Source: Candidatus Woesearchaeota archaeon (GTDB taxonomy: Archaea; Nanobdellota; Nanobdellia; Woesearchaeales; B29-G15). Taken from it: a DNA stretch of 64,000 bases. The notes beneath the pieces were generated by a model. The model ran no database searches, was not told the origin of the DNA, and saw nothing but the letters and a program-made list of their open reading frames with translations. Made by a program: the position numbers and the translations under genes. Of the stretch, positions 58,045-64,000 are shown in pieces. Location: NCBI GenBank assembly GCA_017610005.1, contig JAFCCU010000002.1:18118-82117 (forward strand). The letters run 5' to 3'. Each line of letters begins with the position of its first letter. Within the stretch, counting starts at the first letter, position 1.

Positions 58045-58357
58045 TACAAACACTACACCCAACATACCCAAGCGCTTCTGCATCAGCAATTGTCTTTATG
58101 CAGATCATATTTTCTTGCTTTATCCTATCAGCAAAAGCACAGTCACATAGATGATACTTATTAGAAGTCTTGCTGGCCACAATATTTGTTCCTTCAGGAC
58201 AGCCAAAAGCTTGACATCCAGTAAAGGTGTTTCCAACAGTTATGTTTGTCGCACAAGAGTGTACATTCCACACTCCAACTTCTTTTGCAACAAAACACAA
58301 TAGGGCAACAATTAACAATGATAAAAATACATAGAAAAACCATGTGCCACTCTTCAT
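58037..58357 (-). CDS. Small secreted Cys-rich protein (106 aa)
   Basis: Signal MKSGTWFFYVFLSLLIVALLCFVA, 10 Cys, and a C-terminal CSVC. Confidence 0.45.
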   Translation of the reverse strand: MKSGTWFFYVFLSLLIVALLCFVAKEVGVWNVHSCATNITVGNTFTGCQAFGCPEGTNIVASKTSNKYHLCDCAFADRIKQENMICIKTIADAEALGYVGCSVCIS

Positions 58358-58467
58358 GTGGTTAGTTTGGATTACAAACTATATAAATTATTCTCCCAAA
58401 ACAACTTCTGATTTATACCCGTGTACAATAAGGGTTGGAGAAACTGAGAAGTATTGTACAATGGTTG

Positions 58468-60264
58468 TTAAATAGCTAAAATTAATATGCTATAAAAAAC
58501 AGCCGATATTGCTAAGAACATCAAACTAAAAGAAATTAAAAAACTGGCATTTACATTTTCTTTGTAGTATATATTAACCCAGACATTCTTCTTAAAATAC
58601 TTTTCATATACAATTAAGGTTAGAATCGTAAATGCAAAAGCAGTAGATATAACCCCTAAAATTAGGGGTAAATCAAAATAAAAAAAAGCAGATAGTAATA
58701 TTATATAAATTGGAAAGCTTACTGCAATTATAATATATTTGTAAATATTTCTCACAGTAAAATCAAATTTATATTTTGGATATTCGCGAGTAAGTTTCAC
58801 AGCCATAACAATTATTCCAATAACTGCAATTGTGCCAATTAATGCAGCAAATCCTTCTAAATCCCAGTTCATTGATGTAACAATCACAAATAATCCAGCT
58901 AGGAAAAATAATGTAAAAGCAGTCCAATACATTTTCCAAGGTGAAAAGTAAGTTTCTTTATCTTTAATATTATAAGGCAATTCATTTTTCCTTGATTTAA
59001 TAAAACTACTCGAGGCAAAACCGTATCCAAAGAGAGTTGCAAAATTAAATAATCCTAGGTAAAAAAGTAAGCTCTTTTTTTGTGATTTGTAATAAATTGA
59101 TCCAGCAATAAAAGATGCAAGACAAGAAGAAATTGCAAAAATTATTATAGCGATTAATCCAGTGTTTCTTCTTAAGAAATTAAAGTAACTAATTTTTGCA
59201 GGCACTTTATCTTCAATATACAAATCATTAACATAAGCATTTGATTTACCATTAATCAAGATTCTTGTGTACTCTACGGAAGATGCAAATCCAACTGTTA
59301 CATCCCTTGTTTCCATTCTTTTATAGTTCTCATCAAAATAGTACTCTCTTATGTGGTCATTTAATGTGTACTCTTCATCAGAAAAAAATCTTTCTAATTC
59401 TAAATCAAAAGTTACTCTCCCTTTTCTATAAGTTACTTCTTCTTCAAGTCCTGGGAACAATTCAGGACTCACATAACCTATCACATAGATTGCTGCAGGA
59501 ACCTTTTTATTTCCATAAACAGAGGTTGGTTTAAGAGGAAAAAACATCTTTTCTGTTGGGAACTTAACATATGCACCAACTTTAAACTGATTATATCCAT
59601 CTCTTCTATACCCTCTCGCTACCACATTATCTTCATTAAACTCTTTAATATCTGTAATAAACCCTACAACAAAAGAATAATCTTCTCCCAAATATTCGCT
59701 CTTTAGCACAGGAGAAAGTTCAGTTGGAAGTATCAAATCTTTACTTGCCAAATATTCTTCAAATTCAACAATATTTTTAGCTGTTACAAGTTCAAGGGTT
59801 AACCCCCTCCTGGTTACTGATTGATGAACTTCCGCACCTCCCTGTATTGAGGCAAAGTCCGCCATTTTAGAAAATCCTCCAATTCTAGATAATAATGTAA
59901 AAGGAATTGGCCAAAGTTGGGATGCTGCAAATGAGGCATAGGGCGCAATCAGAATTTCTTTTAATCCAACTTCAATATCTTCGCCCATAAATTGAGGAAA
60001 TCCTTTTAAAATATCAATGTCAATATTTTCTGGATTTCCAGGGATTGGGAAAAGCCACACAGCTTCATTATAAGAGTCTCCTGTGTCAATTCCAATTAAA
60101 AGTTCTTGAATACCTTTATCATATTTTATTGCAGCAAATTGTTGTTCTTCATCTCCAAGTAACCATGGTTGCCCCATGTCTGGAGGGGGCCTAAAGACAC
60201 AACCATCACCGTAAACAGCAGGAATAAGTAAAAGAAGTAACAAAACAACATATAGCTTCGCCAT
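58468..60264 (-). CDS. Large membrane protein: signal peptide, ~380-aa extracytoplasmic domain, C-terminal polytopic region (at least 6 TM)
   Basis: MAKLYVVLLLLLLIPAVYG signal, followed by multiple C-terminal hydrophobic helices. Confidence 0.6.
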   Translation of the reverse strand: MAKLYVVLLLLLLIPAVYGDGCVFRPPPDMGQPWLLGDEEQQFAAIKYDKGIQELLIGIDTGDSYNEAVWLFPIPGNPENIDIDILKGFPQFMGEDIEVGLKEILIAPYASFAASQLWPIPFTLLSRIGGFSKMADFASIQGGAEVHQSVTRRGLTLELVTAKNIVEFEEYLASKDLILPTELSPVLKSEYLGEDYSFVVGFITDIKEFNEDNVVARGYRRDGYNQFKVGAYVKFPTEKMFFPLKPTSVYGNKKVPAAIYVIGYVSPELFPGLEEEVTYRKGRVTFDLELERFFSDEEYTLNDHIREYYFDENYKRMETRDVTVGFASSVEYTRILINGKSNAYVNDLYIEDKVPAKISYFNFLRRNTGLIAIIIFAISSCLASFIAGSIYYKSQKKSLLFYLGLFNFATLFGYGFASSSFIKSRKNELPYNIKDKETYFSPWKMYWTAFTLFFLAGLFVIVTSMNWDLEGFAALIGTIAVIGIIVMAVKLTREYPKYKFDFTVRNIYKYIIIAVSFPIYIILLSAFFYFDLPLILGVISTAFAFTILTLIVYEKYFKKNVWVNIYYKENVNASFLISFSLMFLAISAVFYSILILAI

Positions 60265-60316
60265 GATTTATATTAAAAAAAAGAGTATTTAAACTTATTG
60301 AAAACTTCAATTGAAG

Positions 60317-61771
60317 TTATAGGCTTTTTGCAATATAAACTACTGCTTTAGCCTCATTGCCTGTAAAGGGGCATTTAGCACCTTTTTTAGGCACTTCATC
60401 AAAAGGAATAATAATTGTCTTACCGCCAGTTTGAGCTTTAATGATTTCATCAGTGTCTTTCTCTCTGTCAAAGATAGTCTTTACAATCTTGCCTTCCTTA
60501 ACATACTTGGCAATCTTTTTAACATCTTTTTCTTCTACAACAATTGAATCATCTAAGAATTTTTTTGCTTTGTTATACATATCCTTGTGCATTGTTTCAA
60601 GCATCTTACTTACTTTTTCCTTAAGATTTTTTGCAGGTATATTCTCCTTTTGTAATATGTCGCGCCTTACAACAGTAACTTTTTTTGCATCAACTTCTTG
60701 TTCTCCAATTTCAATTCTGATTGGATAACCATAAAGTTCAGCTTCATTAAATTTCCAACCAACAGAATAATTCTCTCTGTCATCTAAGAATGGATTAAAA
60801 GTTGCAAGCTCTTTTTTAATATTCTCTGCAAATTTCAAGACTTTTTCTTTATTATCTTTCCTTATAATTGGTACAATTATAACTTTATGTTCAGCAACTT
60901 TTGGTGGTAACACCAAACCATGAGAATCTGAATGCATCATAACCATTGCCCCAATTGATCTGGTTGATAATCCCCAAGAATTTTGATGAACAAACTTCTT
61001 CTTTTGGTCAGTATCAGTAAATTGGATATTAAATGCTTTAGCAAAGTTTTGGCCAAGGTAATGAGTGGTTCCGCCCTGGATTGCTTTTCCAATTGGTAAA
61101 AAAGGCTCAACAGACATTGTGTGAACTGCTCCAGCAAATTTTTCTTTTTCAGATTTAAACCCAAATAAAACTGGAATTGCAAGCACCTCTTCATACATCT
61201 TTTTGTAAACATCAATTAAGATGTCTTTTGTTTCTAAAACAGCTTCCTCTTTTGTTGCAAATACAGTATGTCCTTCTTGCCAATAAAATTCTCTTGTTCT
61301 AAGAAATGGTTGAGGATGTTTAAATTCCCATCTTACAACATTGCACCATTGATTTAATTTTAATGGGAGATCATTATGGCTCCTTACCCATTTAGAATAA
61401 GCAGCATACATTACTGTTTCAGAAGTAGGTCTAATTGCAAGTCTCTCGGCAAGCTTTGAGTTCCCACCATGGGTAACCCATGCAACTTCGGGCGCAAATC
61501 CTTCAACATGTTCTTTTTCTTTTGTTAGCAAATGTTCTGGAATAAATAGGGGGAAGGCGGCATTTTTAACTCCTTTTTTCTTAATTTTCTTATCCATATA
61601 CGCTTGAATTTGCTCCCAGATATACCAGGCTCTTGGTTTTAGAATATAACACCCAGATACATCAGTGTATTCAATAAGATTTGCTTTATTAATTACGTCA
61701 GTATACCATTCATTGGTCTGCTCGGTCTTGTCAAATTCTATTCCTGATTTGTTTTTTCCCATATTAGGCAA
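60317..61771 (-). CDS. proS: Prolyl-tRNA synthetase (archaeal/eukaryal type)
   Basis: 484 aa class II aaRS with the archaeal-type N-terminus (FDKTEQTNEWYTDVINKANLIEY...), motif 2/3 regions, and the C-terminal Zn-binding extension ending ...YIAKSL. Confidence 0.85.
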   Translation of the reverse strand: MPNMGKNKSGIEFDKTEQTNEWYTDVINKANLIEYTDVSGCYILKPRAWYIWEQIQAYMDKKIKKKGVKNAAFPLFIPEHLLTKEKEHVEGFAPEVAWVTHGGNSKLAERLAIRPTSETVMYAAYSKWVRSHNDLPLKLNQWCNVVRWEFKHPQPFLRTREFYWQEGHTVFATKEEAVLETKDILIDVYKKMYEEVLAIPVLFGFKSEKEKFAGAVHTMSVEPFLPIGKAIQGGTTHYLGQNFAKAFNIQFTDTDQKKKFVHQNSWGLSTRSIGAMVMMHSDSHGLVLPPKVAEHKVIIVPIIRKDNKEKVLKFAENIKKELATFNPFLDDRENYSVGWKFNEAELYGYPIRIEIGEQEVDAKKVTVVRRDILQKENIPAKNLKEKVSKMLETMHKDMYNKAKKFLDDSIVVEEKDVKKIAKYVKEGKIVKTIFDREKDTDEIIKAQTGGKTIIIPFDEVPKKGAKCPFTGNEAKAVVYIAKSL

Positions 61772-61847
61772 TAAGCAAGATTTGCTTTATAAAGGTTTTT
61801 ACTGGAATTCAAAAAGTTTAAAAAAAGAAGCAGAATATCTGATTCTT

Positions 61848-62597
61848 ATGGACCTGTCTATATTAGTAAAAGACCCCCTGGAAAATTTACCTCAAAATAG
61901 GGCGTTATTGGTAGTAAATGACTCCTCACCGGTTTCTTTAGAGGACGCGCTTAAAATTGATATTGAGCTTGCTGTTTTAATAGACGGAACCGATGAAGAA
62001 AAAGAAAGATTTTATGAAACTTTTAAGGGCAGAGAATCAAGTGATGATGGAAAATTTATTGTTGCGCCCCTCCCTTATTATGAGGGTGCAGATATCGTAA
62101 TTGCATACACACAAGGGTGGGAGTTTTTTAACCCTCCAGATACTCATGACGGATCTGATGCTGATTATTTTGCACATCACAAGGATAAGCAAATGGCCTT
62201 ACAAGGATTTGGAGATAAGGCCATTTCCACTGTTCATAAGCACCTTTTTGGGGATCCTAAAAGTGTAAGAGAATTATTCTGGTCATTTCATGGAGAGCTA
62301 TGGGACCTTGTAGAAAATAAACTTCATGGACTTTCAAGGGATAAACATGTTGTATTTGATGTTGGAAAAAATTATGAACTTTCTCAAGATGGTAAACTGT
62401 ATGTTCCTGGAACTCCTGTTATTTGGACTCATTCTGGTCAGCCATTAAAGATATATTCCAATGAAGTTCATCAAGCAGGAACCTCTAGGAAACCATCATT
62501 GGCAGCCTTATGGATGGGAGAATTTATGGTCCATGATCATTGCAAACGTAATGAGCGCATAGGGGAAGCGCTTAGAAGAAACCAGTTTTACAAGTGA
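61848..62597 (+). CDS. Hypothetical protein (249 aa from the ATG at 61848)
   Basis: The ORF-track GTG start at 61665 would overlap the proS 5' end by ~100 nt. The internal ATG (MDLSILVKDPLENL...) avoids that overlap. Confidence 0.45.
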   Translation: MDLSILVKDPLENLPQNRALLVVNDSSPVSLEDALKIDIELAVLIDGTDEEKERFYETFKGRESSDDGKFIVAPLPYYEGADIVIAYTQGWEFFNPPDTHDGSDADYFAHHKDKQMALQGFGDKAISTVHKHLFGDPKSVRELFWSFHGELWDLVENKLHGLSRDKHVVFDVGKNYELSQDGKLYVPGTPVIWTHSGQPLKIYSNEVHQAGTSRKPSLAALWMGEFMVHDHCKRNERIGEALRRNQFYK

Positions 62598-63279
62598 AAA
62601 TTGCCATATATGCAATTGGTGAGAGCTTTTCAATAACTATTTCAAGTTCAACTTTTTTAGCAAGATTCTTTAGCGTATCTTTTGAGAATCTTAAAGAAGT
62701 TATTCCTCCTTCAAGTGATACTGAAGAGATTTTATCTTGGATTATTTTTAGATCATTTTTCATATACCATTCTAGTTGCGCTTCTCTTGCATTTTCAGAA
62801 TATGCACTGATCAATATTTTTCCATCCTTTTTTATTACTCTTTTCATCTCTTTAAGAATTCCAAACCTTGTTTTTTCGTCCCAATTGCCAGCAGTTGCCC
62901 CTAAGCAAATTACGAAGTCAAATCTTTTGGTCCAAAATCTCGGTAAGTTGAGCGCGTTCCATTTTGAAATATGGACATTTAATTGATTCTTAAATCTCTC
63001 CTTGCACATATTAATTTGATGTTCTGCAAGGTCTATTCCAAAAATTTCAATAGGCAATTTACTAATGCCCATAATCCCATTTCCATGACCTCAACCAACA
63101 TCCAAAACTATTCCAATTTTATTCCCAATATGCTTCTTAATACATTCTTTTTCTGCTTTATGGTACAAAGAAATTGCTGGAGTTTTCTTTTCTTCCATCA
63201 TCACTATATGACTTAGCCTTGGAGACTCGAAAAATTCTCTCAACTTCACTAGATTTTCATCCAATCCTTTTTTTGCCAT
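62572..63279 (-). pseudogene. Class I SAM-dependent methyltransferase interrupted by a single in-frame TGA inside motif I
   Basis: Two same-frame ORFs (63279..63091 and 63072..62572) read ...KIGIVLDVG-TGA-GHGNGIMGISKLP...FDFVICLG...LKEMKRVIKKDGKILIS. The TGA at 63091-63093 sits where motif I (VLDVGxGxG) normally has Cys/Ser/Ala, and TGY to TGA is a single substitution. Confidence 0.65.
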
Positions 63280-63382
63280 ATGTAATCACTATACAGTAAT
63301 ATCTACTTATTTATTAAACTATCTTGAGAATATTTTAACAGAAGGAAAAACTTTTAAGTGATTAACTCTTTAAGTTAATAAA

Positions 63383-64000
63383 ATGACAAGTATTTCCATA
63401 GATCAGAAGGACAAGCGTATTCTTTTTGAACTTTCCATTAATGCCAGGGCTTCAATTTCATATATAGCAAAAAAAGTGGGACTTTCTAAACAAGTTGTTA
63501 AGTATAGGATGGACCTGCTTGAAAAAAGAGGTATTCTGGAAGGTTATTATGTATTAATCAATATTGCTAAACTAGGATATAGCTACTACAGATGTTTCTT
63601 AAATTTTAGAAATGTTGATCCAGAAACTGAGCAAGAAATTGTAGAATATTGTGTTAAGAATAAAAGCATAATGTGGGTTGCACAGGTTGATGGAGACTTA
63701 GATTTTATTTTTGTAGTCAATGTAAAAAATGCAGTTGAATTTCAAGAAGTTTTAGGGGAAATGCTCAATAAATACGGCCAGTTTTTTGAGGAGAAATATA
63801 TTTCAATTGCAACTTCAATCCATCATTACCCCCATAAGTTTTTATTAAATATTAAGGCTGACGATGAAATAATTATGGGTGGTCCAATACAAAACTTGAC
63901 ATTAGATAAAATTGATTTTCAAATTCTTGAACAATTAACAATTAATGCAAGAAGGTCTCTCTTAGACATTGGATCAAAATTAAAAATTCATGCAAAGGTC
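63383..64000 (+). CDS. Lrp/AsnC-family transcriptional regulator (appears to carry two HTH-AsnC units); 3' end beyond the window
   Basis: MTSISIDQKDKRILFELSINARASISYIAKKVGLSKQVVKYRMDLLEKRGIL (HTH_AsnC), followed by a RAM-like region and a second DKIDFQILEQLTINARRSLLDIGSKL unit. Confidence 0.7.
   Translation, partial: MTSISIDQKDKRILFELSINARASISYIAKKVGLSKQVVKYRMDLLEKRGILEGYYVLINIAKLGYSYYRCFLNFRNVDPETEQEIVEYCVKNKSIMWVAQVDGDLDFIFVVNVKNAVEFQEVLGEMLNKYGQFFEEKYISIATSIHHYPHKFLLNIKADDEIIMGGPIQNLTLDKIDFQILEQLTINARRSLLDIGSKLKIHAKV

Noticed and set aside
1-64000. Possibility of genome-wide UGA (or UAG) reassignment suggested by the in-frame TGA in the methyltransferase and the TAG in pseudogene C
   Set aside because: Many well-conserved genes here (rpoA', S12, DAGK and others) terminate on TGA or TAG at the expected protein ends, so the standard code applies. 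The two internal stops are better explained as single-substitution nonsense changes (TGY to TGA, TAY to TAG).

Overview
This window looks like a low-GC archaeal chromosome segment. Several features point to archaea and, by inference, a DPANN-like lineage: a split rpoB (B'' then B') and split rpoA (A' then A'') in the classic rpoH-rpoB-rpoA-L30e-NusA-S12 operon; aCPSF1 next to a proteasome beta subunit; ABCE1; archaeal-type ProRS; and intron-containing tRNAs. Core genes present are tRNA-Tyr, tRNA-Asp, tRNA-Lys, IleRS, ValRS, CysRS, ProRS, a DAGK-family lipid kinase, a glmS-glmM-glmU cluster followed by an ABC exporter, and two tandem HExxH/EExRAE (M49-like) metallopeptidases. The main accessory feature is a ~16 kb co-oriented array (21.8-37.6 kb) of eight paralogous secreted, C-terminally membrane-anchored, cysteine-rich modular proteins, one of which is a decayed pseudogene. 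All eight share a ~110-aa signature module (GCC-x-NP ... CCP ... EAC-x-M ... GCCC) that I do not recognise as any described domain. The module is combined with He_PIG/cadherin-like domains, thrombospondin-type-3 Ca-binding repeats, a second Cys-rich repeat, and in single members a papain-like protease or a thioredoxin-like CxxC domain. cysS sits inside the array. Other noteworthy content: two tRNAs with matching non-canonical introns just after the T-loop; a tandem duplication of the tRNA-Tyr 3' portion; a dispersed octamer repeat family (GTCTGAAG-like) lying mostly just 3' of genes and twice in-frame inside CDSs; a 3-copy MITE-like intergenic repeat; a heptamer microsatellite inside one surface-protein gene; a methyltransferase interrupted by a single in-frame TGA; and divergent peptidase paralogs with near-identical flanks. 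All calls are from reading the sequence and ORF translations by eye. No database searches were run, and hand-derived coordinates may be off by 1-2 nt.
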